Below the pieces are notes generated by a model. The model was given only the letters and a program-made list of their open reading frames with translations, was not told where the DNA came from and searched no databases. A DNA stretch of 32,000 bases from Nitrosopumilus maritimus SCM1 (lineage in GTDB: Archaea; Thermoproteota; Nitrososphaeria; Nitrososphaerales; Nitrosopumilaceae), in the NCBI RefSeq assembly GCF_000018465.1, contig NC_010085.1, positions 360,001 to 392,000 on the forward strand, read 5' to 3'. Shown here piece by piece: positions 1 through 7,331 of the stretch (its first letter is position 1; each line of letters opens with the position of its first letter). Position numbers and translations under genes: made by a program.

Positions 1-66
1 GAACATCTTACTGTTAAAAACGAAGTCTCTAAAATGAAATCTACAATTGATACTGAGGTAAAATGA
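1..66 (+). CDS. 3' end of an upstream gene (…EHLTVKNEVSKMKSTIDTEVK*), probably ribosomal protein uL18 by operon order
   Basis: Frame 1 is open from the window edge to TGA at 64-66, 1 nt before the uS5 start. In archaeal spc operons uL18 precedes uS5. Too short to confirm by sequence. Confidence 0.35.
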   Translation, partial: EHLTVKNEVSKMKSTIDTEVK

Positions 67-67
67 A

Positions 68-784
68 ATGAGTCAAACAACAGAATCTAAACCACAAGGC
101 GGACAGAAAGGTAAAGGTGCCCCAACTTATGGCGGAGGTAGACCTGATGGTGCAAAAGGTGGAGATAGACCAAGAAGAAGAAGAGAACCAGAAGAAGAAG
201 TTTGGGTTCCAAAAACAATTCTTGGACAAAAAGTTGCATCAGGAGAAATTTCATCACTAGAAGAAATTATTGAATTAGGATTAAGAATTCAAGAAGCAGG
301 AATTATCAAAAAATTACTGCCTGACTTGAAGAGTGAAGTCGTTGATGTTGGAATTATCCAAAAGATGACATCAAACGGTCAATCAACAAGATTCAAAGCA
401 ATCGTTGCAACTGGAAACGAGAACGGTTACTTGGGAATTGGACAAGGAAAATCAAAACAAATGAGAATTGCAATTGAAAAGGCAACAAACGCTGCTTATC
501 TTAACGTCAATCCAATCAAGATGGGCTGTGGCAGTTGGGAATGCAGATGTGATCAAAAACATTCAGTACCATTCAAAGTAAAGGGTAAAGGTGGAAGTGT
601 TACAATTGAAATTATTCCTGCACCTCGTGGATTAGGTCTTGTAGCAGGTGGTAAAATTAAACGATTATTGGAGTTAGCTGGTCTAAAAGACGCTTGGACT
701 ACTGCAAAAGGTTCAACTCCTACAATGAACTCTACTTCAAAAGCTATCTTGGACTGTCTTAGACAGACATTTAGTCAGGGTTGA
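68..784 (+). CDS. rps5: 30S ribosomal protein uS5 (S5P)
   Basis: 238 aa with a basic G/R-rich N-terminus, then the S5 dsRBD-like and C-terminal domains (GIGQGKSKQMRIAIEKA, GLGLVAGG). GAGGT lies 9 nt upstream of the ATG. Sits in the uS5-uL30-uL15-SecY order. Confidence 0.95.
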   Translation: MSQTTESKPQGGQKGKGAPTYGGGRPDGAKGGDRPRRRREPEEEVWVPKTILGQKVASGEISSLEEIIELGLRIQEAGIIKKLLPDLKSEVVDVGIIQKMTSNGQSTRFKAIVATGNENGYLGIGQGKSKQMRIAIEKATNAAYLNVNPIKMGCGSWECRCDQKHSVPFKVKGKGGSVTIEIIPAPRGLGLVAGGKIKRLLELAGLKDAWTTAKGSTPTMNSTSKAILDCLRQTFSQG

Positions 785-790
785 TGAGAA

Positions 791-1258
791 ATGGCAAATG
801 CAGTACTAGTTGTTAGAATCAAAGGTCAAGCAGACTGTCCTTATTGGGCATCAACTACAATGGATTTGCTAAAACTTGAAAGAAAATATCGTGCAGTAAT
901 TCTTCCTGCAAAAGACAACTTACTTGGTATGCTAAAAAAAGTACAACACTATGTTGCTTGGGTTGATCTTGACACAGAGTTGGCACAAGAACTCATTGAC
1001 AAAAAAGCAAGAAAGTCTGGATACAAGAAAGTAACGCCAGAAGATCTTAAAGAATTAGGTTATGCAAGTTCTGCAGAACTAGCTGCAGCACTAACTGAAG
1101 GAAAAACAATGTTATCAAAATTAAAACCACTAAAACCTTGGTTTGCATTAGCACCACCAAGACACGGATTCAAAAGAAGTACAAAGAGATTGTATGGACA
1201 AAAAGGAATTCTTGGAAGAAACAAAGAACTCGCAACAATTGTTAGGAATATGATTTAA
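791..1258 (+). CDS. rpl30: 50S ribosomal protein uL30 (L30P/L7e)
   Basis: 155 aa. N-terminus VLVVRIKGQ...LLKLERKYRAVIL is typical of archaeal L30. Position between uS5 and uL15. Confidence 0.9.
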   Translation: MANAVLVVRIKGQADCPYWASTTMDLLKLERKYRAVILPAKDNLLGMLKKVQHYVAWVDLDTELAQELIDKKARKSGYKKVTPEDLKELGYASSAELAAALTEGKTMLSKLKPLKPWFALAPPRHGFKRSTKRLYGQKGILGRNKELATIVRNMI

Positions 1259-1259
1259 C

Positions 1260-1724
1260 ATGGCAACAAGATTAAGAAAAACAAGACGACTTAGGGGAGG
1301 ACGCCACATGGGATGGGGCCAAGTAGGTCAACATCGTGCAAGTGGTCACAAAGGTGGTCTTGGAGTTACTGGAATGATGAAACATCATTGGAGTACAACA
1401 CTAAAAGATGAACCAGATCATTATGGCCATGATTCAACTAAACCACCTCACCCAAATATTACCAAGAAATGGGCTAGCGTCCGTGATCTTGATGACTTGT
1501 TTACTAAGTTCGGTAAAGAAGAAGGAGGAAAAAAAGTCGTAGACCTTGAAAATGCAGGATACGAGAAACTCCTTGGCGGCGGAAAAGTATCAAACGCTTA
1601 TTCTGTCAAAGTCACACAGTACACTGCATCTGCAGAAGAGAAACTAAAGGCTGTTGGCGGAGAAGTAATTTCTGCAGCAAAAGAAAAATCTGATGGGGAA
1701 GAGGTAGTTACAGAAGATGGCTGA
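1260..1724 (+). CDS. rpl15: 50S ribosomal protein uL15
   Basis: 154 aa. RKTRRLRGGRHMGWGQVGQHRASGHKGGLG is the uL15 N-terminal signature. Lies immediately upstream of secY. Confidence 0.92.
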   Translation: MATRLRKTRRLRGGRHMGWGQVGQHRASGHKGGLGVTGMMKHHWSTTLKDEPDHYGHDSTKPPHPNITKKWASVRDLDDLFTKFGKEEGGKKVVDLENAGYEKLLGGGKVSNAYSVKVTQYTASAEEKLKAVGGEVISAAKEKSDGEEVVTEDG

Positions 1725-3147
1725 GGGTACAGTTACCACCATCATTCGAAAGATGGTCTTTAAAGCAGAACCATATCTTCCTCAAGTTCCAAAACCAAAA
1801 AAGAAGATTCCATTATCCACTAGATTGCTCTGGTGTGGAGTTGCATTACTTATCTACATGGTAATGGGCCAAACACCATTATTTGGAGCAACAACCCCTG
1901 AATTTGACTTCCTAGCATTTGCTAGAGTAATTTTTGCATCACAACAAGGAACCCTTGTTGAATTAGGTATTGGGCCGATTGTAACAGCTGGACTCTTGAT
2001 GCAGTTGTTGAGAGGTTCAGACATTCTCAAATTTGACTTTAAGAAACCAGAGGAAAGAGGTGTATTCCAAACTGCAACAAAGATGGTAACTTATGTTGTA
2101 ATTGTAGCTGAATCTATTGTATATGGCGTAGCAGTCTATGGTCCTGGAGTCTCTGACCCGTCGATACTGTATGTCATGGTCGGGCAGCTTATGGCCGCGT
2201 CGATTATTATCATGTTCTTAGACGAATTAATTCAGAAAGGCTGGGGCCTTGGTAGTGGAATCAGTCTCTTCATTATGGCAGGTGTTGCTCAACAAATTCT
2301 GTGGAGTCTGTTCAGCCCATTGCCTGCAGGAGATGGAGGAACTATTGGTATCATTCCATACATTGGACAATCAATCATGGCAGGTGACCTGTCAAACATC
2401 ATGTTCCGTTCAAACCAGTTGCCGAGCATCTTCGGTCTGTGTCTGACGGCAGGTGTTATACTGATACTTGTCTTCACACAAGGAATGAAGATTGAGATTC
2501 CAATCGTATCTACAAAATACAGAGGATTCTCTGCAGTCTATCCAATCAAGATGATGTATGTATCAAATATTCCAGTTATCTTGGCATCTGCACTTACTGC
2601 AAACGCCGTCTTTATCTTCCAGATGTTGTGGGCCAATGCGAACCCGCGTAACAATAATTTCTTTATGAATTTCATAGCGCAATTCGACCCGACGAGTCCG
2701 TCGACCCCAATTGGTGGTCTTATCTATTACATCACACCACCTAGAGGTCTAGACGTTGCAGCTTTGGATCCTGGACGTGCAGTTGGCTATGTCCTATTCA
2801 TGATTGGAATTGTAATTGTATTTGGTAGGTTATGGGTAGAGCTAGGTGGTCTTTCACCAAAGAGTGCAGCTCAGAACTTGCTTGATGCAGATGTACAGAT
2901 TCCTGGATTTAGAAGATCAAACAAACCCGTTGAAGCATTGTTGAACAAGTACATTCCATCAGTCACCATTATTGGCTCAGCTATTCTGGGTCTGTTAGCA
3001 GGTGCATCTGATGTCTTGGGTGTATTTGGTTCTGGTATCGGAGTTTTACTTATGGTAGATATTCTCATCAACTATTACACACAATTAGTTAGAGAACAAG
3101 TCGAAGTTGTAATGCCGCGATTGGGTGCTTTACTTGGCAGAAAGTAA
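1717..3147 (+). CDS. secY: Preprotein translocase subunit SecY
   Basis: 476 aa polytopic membrane protein with SecY/Sec61alpha-like segments (GTLVELGIGPIVTAGLLMQLL, GWGLGSGISLFI). Conserved position after uL15, overlapping it by 8 nt. Confidence 0.97.
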   Translation: MAEGTVTTIIRKMVFKAEPYLPQVPKPKKKIPLSTRLLWCGVALLIYMVMGQTPLFGATTPEFDFLAFARVIFASQQGTLVELGIGPIVTAGLLMQLLRGSDILKFDFKKPEERGVFQTATKMVTYVVIVAESIVYGVAVYGPGVSDPSILYVMVGQLMAASIIIMFLDELIQKGWGLGSGISLFIMAGVAQQILWSLFSPLPAGDGGTIGIIPYIGQSIMAGDLSNIMFRSNQLPSIFGLCLTAGVILILVFTQGMKIEIPIVSTKYRGFSAVYPIKMMYVSNIPVILASALTANAVFIFQMLWANANPRNNNFFMNFIAQFDPTSPSTPIGGLIYYITPPRGLDVAALDPGRAVGYVLFMIGIVIVFGRLWVELGGLSPKSAAQNLLDADVQIPGFRRSNKPVEALLNKYIPSVTIIGSAILGLLAGASDVLGVFGSGIGVLLMVDILINYYTQLVREQVEVVMPRLGALLGRK

Positions 3148-3712
3148 GAAAATTGTTTTAGTTGGAATCCCAGGAGTTGGGAAGACTACATTACTATCTA
3201 AAATTGTTGATCACATCAAAGATCATCAAAAGAGTATCAGTGTTGTAAGTTATGGAACTTTGATGTTTGAGGTTGCAAAAGAAAATGGTCTTAATGATAG
3301 AGACGAACTACGAAAACTCCCAATCGGAAAACAACAAGAACTACAAAAAGTTGCAGCTGAAAAGATTGCAGCACACACTGAAGAAATTGTAATCATTGAC
3401 ACACATGCATTTATCAGCTCTCCAGAAGGATACTATCCTGGATTACCAGAACATGTTCTCAAAATTATCAAACCATCAAACTTTGTCTCAGTATCTGCAA
3501 AGCCTGAGGAAATCTATAGCCGAAGAATGAGCGATGACACTAGAAATCGGGATAAAATCACCCTTGCAAATGTCAAGAAAGAGCTAGATGTCCAATCAGG
3601 TATGATTTCAGCATGTGCAGTAATTACAGGCTCACCAGTCAAGTACATACTCAATCGTGAGGGAAAGGTTGATGAAGCAGCAAATAAGATAATCAATTCA
3701 TTAGGACTGTAA
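3125..3712 (+). CDS. adkA: Adenylate kinase, archaeal type
   Basis: P-loop VLVGIPGVGKTT, ~190 aa, conserved position after secY. The true start may be TTG 3134 rather than GTG 3125; the start region overlaps the secY 3' end. Confidence 0.85.
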   Translation: MLYLAESKKIVLVGIPGVGKTTLLSKIVDHIKDHQKSISVVSYGTLMFEVAKENGLNDRDELRKLPIGKQQELQKVAAEKIAAHTEEIVIIDTHAFISSPEGYYPGLPEHVLKIIKPSNFVSVSAKPEEIYSRRMSDDTRNRDKITLANVKKELDVQSGMISACAVITGSPVKYILNREGKVDEAANKIINSLGL

Positions 3713-3715
3713 AAA

Positions 3716-4339
3716 ATGGACTTTAGCTTTATTCTACTATTTATCGAATCAATACCTCTCCAGTTTGATTTCTTTGGAGGTGAAAGGGGTGCACTCGGAA
3801 GTGATGACCCAATAATCAAAGGACTGATTCTCTCAATGTTTGCAGTAACTGGGTTTGGTATTTTGCTTAACATCTTCAATGCCGCAGTTAGAAAGAAGAT
3901 GGTTGATCAAGTAAAGCTAAAACGAATAATGAAAGAGACTCGTGGATGGCAAAAAGAAAGAATGGCAGCAATGCGTTCAAAAGATACTGCAAGAGCAGCT
4001 GAACTCAACAAAAAATCTGCATACATGAACAAGATGTCAATGGAAATGATGCAAATGAATATGAGACCAATGATGATTACTTTTGTCCCATTAATCTTGA
4101 TATTTTATCTTGTATTGCCACAACTATTTGCTTACACTGTAGCTGTCTCTCCAATTCCTCTAAATGTGATTCCTGGAGATATGTTCCAACTTACTTGTAC
4201 TGCAGAACAAGCAGCAGACCCTGAACATGTTTGTCAAACAGAAAATGCGTTATATCTTTGGGCTTGGTATTTCTTGTCTTCAATTGCATTTAGTGGCATT
4301 ATTATGCGACTAACCAAAACATCAATGGATCTCAGTTGA
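3716..4339 (+). CDS. DUF106 / Oxa1-superfamily (EMC3/Ylp1-like) membrane protein
   Basis: 207 aa with TM segments, a K/R-rich helix and a Met-rich stretch (MNKMSMEMMQMNMRPMMITF). The secY-adk-DUF106-cmk order is conserved in archaea. Confidence 0.65.
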   Translation: MDFSFILLFIESIPLQFDFFGGERGALGSDDPIIKGLILSMFAVTGFGILLNIFNAAVRKKMVDQVKLKRIMKETRGWQKERMAAMRSKDTARAAELNKKSAYMNKMSMEMMQMNMRPMMITFVPLILIFYLVLPQLFAYTVAVSPIPLNVIPGDMFQLTCTAEQAADPEHVCQTENALYLWAWYFLSSIAFSGIIMRLTKTSMDLS

Positions 4340-4896
4340 CAAAATCCATTGTAATTTCAGGTCCTCCTGCTGTAGGAAAGACAACTGTTGCAAAAGGATT
4401 GGCAGAAGAATTTTCATTACAATATCTTAGTGGCGGTGATGTCCTCAAAGAGATGGCAAAAGAACAAGGTTTTGATTCTGCAGGTGATGATTGGTGGGAC
4501 ACAGAAGAAGGAATGAAGTTTCTCAACCAACGCGAAAAAAATTCTGAATTTGATAAAAAGTTGGATGAAAAACTAACAAAACTATTCAATGAGGGTGGAA
4601 TGGTAATCACCAGCTATACACTCCCTTGGTTAATCAAAGATGGGATTAGAATCTGGCTTGAGGGGTCTCATGAGAGTAGCACAAAACGAATGCAAACTAG
4701 AGATGATATGAGTTCTGAGGATGCCTATCAAATCACAAAACAGAGGTTTGACAAAAACAAGGCTCTTTACAAAAAACTCTATGATTTTGATTTTGGTGAT
4801 GACAAATCAGTTTTTGATGTTATAATAAATACTGACAATCTTACAGCACAACAAGTAATTGATGTTGCAAAAGAAACGGTGAGAAAACTACTATGA
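4336..4896 (+). CDS. cmk: Cytidylate kinase, archaeal type
   Basis: P-loop ISGPPAVGKTTVAKGLAEEF, 186 aa. The TTG start overlaps the upstream stop (TTGA). Conserved synteny. Confidence 0.8.
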   Translation: MTKSIVISGPPAVGKTTVAKGLAEEFSLQYLSGGDVLKEMAKEQGFDSAGDDWWDTEEGMKFLNQREKNSEFDKKLDEKLTKLFNEGGMVITSYTLPWLIKDGIRIWLEGSHESSTKRMQTRDDMSSEDAYQITKQRFDKNKALYKKLYDFDFGDDKSVFDVIINTDNLTAQQVIDVAKETVRKLL

Positions 4897-5891
4897 CTCT
4901 AAAACAATTAGAGAATCTAATTGAAGTTGATCAAGATATTACTGATGATGCATATGGCACATACTATGATAAAAGAACAATAGAACAATTACTAAACTAT
5001 GGAATTATTTTACTAGACAAACCTCCTGGACCTACAAGTCATGAGACAGTAGCATGGACCAAAAGAATTTTGAAATTACCAAAGATTGGACATAGTGGAA
5101 CGCTAGACCCACAAGTTTCAGGAGTACTTCCTTTAGGGTTGGGTGAGGCAACAAAAGCTCTAGGTGTATTGCTGTTTGGACCTAAAGAATACCATGCACT
5201 AGGACGTGTCCACTCGCTTCCATCAAAAGAAAAACTACATGAGGTAATCGAATCATTAACTGGAGAAATTTACCAAAAACCTCCACAACGTTCCGCAGTA
5301 GTTAGACAAACAAGAACTAGAACAATTTACGAATTTGAAGTATTAGAACAAAAAGAAAGACTGTTACTAACTAGAGTCCTATGTGAGGCTGGAACATACA
5401 TTAGAAAATTATACTATGATCTAGGTGAAATTCTAGGACCTGGTGCAACCATGATTGAGCTTAGAAGAACTAGAGTTGATCAATTCAGAGAAACTGATGG
5501 ATTGGTGACCCTCCATGAACTTGCAAACGCATTTGCTTTATGGGAAGAAAAGAAAGATGATTCTAAACTAAAGAGTATGATACAGCCTGTAGAACATGCA
5601 CTAAGTGAGTTAAAATCAGTAGTAATTCGTGATTCTGCAATTGATGCAATGTGCCATGGTGCACAACTAGCAATTCCTGGAATTTTACAAATATCTCCTA
5701 GTTTGAACAAAGGTGACATTGTTGGAATTTACACACAAAAAGGAGAAGCAGTTGCATTAGCCGAAGCAACAATGTCTGGTCAGGAAATTCAAGATGCAGT
5801 AAAAGGATATGCATTTGAAACAAAGAGAATTATCATGGCTCCAAACACTTATCCTAAAAAATGGAGAACAAAACCATCTTCTAAAGAATAA
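4893..5891 (+). CDS. cbf5: tRNA/rRNA pseudouridine synthase Cbf5 (TruB family, with PUA domain)
   Basis: LLDKPPGPTSHE and GHSGTLDPQVSGVLP (catalytic Asp motif), plus a C-terminal PUA-like segment (VVIRDSAIDAMCHGAQLAIPGI). ATGA overlap with cmk. Confidence 0.93.
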   Translation: MTLKQLENLIEVDQDITDDAYGTYYDKRTIEQLLNYGIILLDKPPGPTSHETVAWTKRILKLPKIGHSGTLDPQVSGVLPLGLGEATKALGVLLFGPKEYHALGRVHSLPSKEKLHEVIESLTGEIYQKPPQRSAVVRQTRTRTIYEFEVLEQKERLLLTRVLCEAGTYIRKLYYDLGEILGPGATMIELRRTRVDQFRETDGLVTLHELANAFALWEEKKDDSKLKSMIQPVEHALSELKSVVIRDSAIDAMCHGAQLAIPGILQISPSLNKGDIVGIYTQKGEAVALAEATMSGQEIQDAVKGYAFETKRIIMAPNTYPKKWRTKPSSKE

Positions 5892-5894
5892 AAA

Positions 5895-6341
5895 TTGCTC
5901 TCAAAAAGTTTAGTTATCTTTGTTGGAATTGGAATAATTTCTGGATTGTTATTTGGAATTTATCTTATTGATGTCAAGAACACCAGTCAACTAGTTTATG
6001 TTGAAGGTTCTGGAATTTCAATTCTCACTGAAAAGTTTGATTTTAAAAAAGGCGAAGAGATTAAAATTACAATCATGAATACTGGAACTGTTCCAATTTC
6101 ATTTTCTGATGCATCATATGGTCTAAGAATTACGGGACTCTCTGGTATGCTAATGTATTCTCCAACATCAACACAAGTGTTATCTGAACTAAAACCAAAT
6201 GAAGAGGTTACATTTTCTTGGGATCAAATTAACAATGATGGAGATTCAGCTCTTGAAGGTCTTTACAAGATCTCAGCAAAAGGATTTGATGAGAATGGAG
6301 AAAAAGTAGAACGTTCAACTACTATTACGATCTGGAAGTAG
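5895..6341 (+). CDS. Hypothetical membrane-anchored beta-rich (Ig-like/BsuPI-like?) protein
   Basis: 148 aa. TTG start 3 nt after the cbf5 stop. N-terminal TM helix (LVIFVGIGIISGLLFGIYLI) followed by an alternating beta-strand-like pattern (EEIKITIMNTGTVPISF...EEVTFSWDQ...GLYKISAKG). No confident family assignment. Confidence 0.55.
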   Translation: MLSKSLVIFVGIGIISGLLFGIYLIDVKNTSQLVYVEGSGISILTEKFDFKKGEEIKITIMNTGTVPISFSDASYGLRITGLSGMLMYSPTSTQVLSELKPNEEVTFSWDQINNDGDSALEGLYKISAKGFDENGEKVERSTTITIWK

Positions 6342-6392
6342 TAATACCATTTATAATCAGATTCTAAAAACTAAATTTGTCGCAAGACTTGT

Positions 6393-6493
6393 GCCGGGGT
6401 CGCCTAGCCTGGTAGGGCGCGCGCCTGGAAATTGTTAACCATAAAGCGCGTTCTCGCAAGGGAACGGGAGTTCAAATCTCCCTCCCGGCGCCA
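6393..6493 (+). tRNA. tRNA-Ser (anticodon GGA) with a 14-nt intron at the canonical 37/38 position and genomically encoded CCA
   Basis: Hand-folded cloverleaf. Acceptor GCCGGGG/TCCCGGC; D stem GCCT/GGGC; anticodon stem CGCGC/GCGCG; loop CT-GGA-A. Intron is 6431-6444. Long variable arm 6451-6465 (5-bp stem, class II). T arm GGGAG-TTCAAAT-CTCCC, discriminator G, CCA at 6491-6493. Confidence 0.9.
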
Positions 6494-6609
6494 TTATTTT
6501 CTAATTTGATGAACTTTGATCTTACCACTAGATTTTTTGATGTTGTAGAAAATTTGAAAACAATCTAAATTCCCATGTTGATTTTCTAGATTAGTAAAAA
6601 CACGTGTCC

Positions 6610-6617
6610 ATTAAATA
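6610..6617 (+). promoter_or_regulatory. TATA-like box (ATTAAATA) for the small RHH gene
   Basis: A/T octamer centred ~25 nt upstream of ATG 6639. There is no room for a leader or SD, which implies a leaderless mRNA. Confidence 0.35.
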
Positions 6618-6638
6618 CAGAAAACGCATAACACAAAC

Positions 6639-6779
6639 ATGTCAAAGAGGGTTACTCTACTAATTGATGATGATCTTTACAAAAAATTACGTTCAAAACA
6701 AGCTGCAGAAATAAAAAAAACTGCAACAGCTGTTAGTTTTTCCAAAACTGTTACTGATATTCTCAAAAAACATGTTTGA
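6639..6779 (+). CDS. Small ribbon-helix-helix (CopG/Arc/MetJ-like) DNA-binding protein, 46 aa (below the ORF-track length cutoff)
   Basis: Own translation: MSKRVTLLIDDDLYKKLRSKQAAEIKKTATAVSFSKTVTDILKKHV. It shows a classic RHH layout: beta strand RVTLLID, helix DDLYKKLRSKQAAE, helix SFSKTVTDILKK. It has its own TATA at about -25. Confidence 0.6.
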   Translation: MSKRVTLLIDDDLYKKLRSKQAAEIKKTATAVSFSKTVTDILKKHV

Positions 6780-6781
6780 AG

Positions 6782-6813
6782 ATTTGGAAAACATCTGGTA
6801 ATCATTTGGAAAA
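6782..6813. repeat. Tandem direct repeat ATTTGGAAAA x2 (6782-6791 and 6804-6813), candidate operator
   Basis: Two identical 10-mers 22 bp apart start to start (about two helical turns). They lie between the RHH stop codon and the DM13-gene TATA; the second copy ends 5 nt before TTTATA, at the BRE position. Confidence 0.3.
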
Positions 6814-6818
6814 TCCTC

Positions 6819-6824
6819 TTTATA
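6819..6824 (+). promoter_or_regulatory. TATA box (TTTATA) for the DM13 gene
   Basis: Centred ~25 nt upstream of ATG 6847, suggesting a leaderless transcript. Confidence 0.35.
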
Positions 6825-6846
6825 CTAAAATTCCAATCTTTTTCTC

Positions 6847-7329
6847 ATGAACAAATACCTGATACCGATTATTGCAATTGCAATAGTTGGTTCTGTATCA
6901 GCATTTGCAATATCTCCATACTTTACAGAATCTAGTATTGATGAGGCATTACCTACTGGTGCAGTTGTTCAACCTATGATGGAAGAAACCATGATGGAGA
7001 AAATGACTCCTGTTTCTTATTCAGGAACTTTTATCGGTGTTGGTGATGGAATTCATGACGCCCAAGGTGATGCATATACTATTCCACTTGAGGATGGTAG
7101 TGATGTCTTGCGATTAGAAAATTTCCAATCAACTAATGGCCCTGACTTGTATGTCTATTTGGCAACTGATGATGATGCTTCTGAATTTATCAATCTAGGT
7201 GAACTCAAAGCAAACAAGGGAAATCAAAATTACGAAATCCCAGATGATGCTGATTTGACCAAATACAACAAGGTGTTGATTTGGTGTCAAGCATTTAGCG
7301 TATTGTTTGGTAGTGCTGAACTATCATAA
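6847..7329 (+). CDS. Secreted or membrane-anchored DM13 domain protein
   Basis: 160 aa. N-terminal signal/anchor (LIPIIAIAIVGSVSAFAI). The C-terminal ~100 aa match the DM13 pattern (LRLENFQSTNGPDLYVYL...YNKVLIWCQAFSVLFGSAEL). Confidence 0.75.
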   Translation: MNKYLIPIIAIAIVGSVSAFAISPYFTESSIDEALPTGAVVQPMMEETMMEKMTPVSYSGTFIGVGDGIHDAQGDAYTIPLEDGSDVLRLENFQSTNGPDLYVYLATDDDASEFINLGELKANKGNQNYEIPDDADLTKYNKVLIWCQAFSVLFGSAELS

Positions 7330-7331
7330 CA

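Noticed and set aside
41-229. Antisense 62-aa ORF over the uS5 start. The same class includes 2871-3071, 3514-3879, 4332-4610, 5480-5719, 7373-7555, 8002-8184, 9653-9973, 11103-11378, 12051-12446, 12674-12949, 14351-14668, 14748-14984, 16735-16938, 17344-17535, 17762-17956, 18003-18245, 19276-19506, 19603-19806, 20584-20805, 21744-21947, 22093-22287, 23424-23675, 23946-24296, 24835-25017, 25144-25437, 25608-25886, 27009-27218, 27794-28024, 29676-29858, 30287-30556 and 31170-31394.
   Set aside because: All are embedded in, or antisense to, ORFs with strong family signatures. Their translations are low-complexity (S/F/L/C-rich) with no motifs. They are best explained as shadow ORFs.
2249-2477. 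Two alternate-frame ORFs (2249-2446 +, 2289-2477 -) inside secY that might suggest an overlapping gene.
   Set aside because: They coincide with the locally GC-rich patch of secY, where stop codons are rare by composition. Neither has a start context or a recognisable sequence.
6510-6560. C/D-box sRNA candidate: TTGATGA at ~6511-6517 and TTGATGT at ~6537-6543, downstream of the tRNA.
   Set aside because: No CTGA D or D' boxes lie at the required spacing on either strand, and there is no terminal stem.
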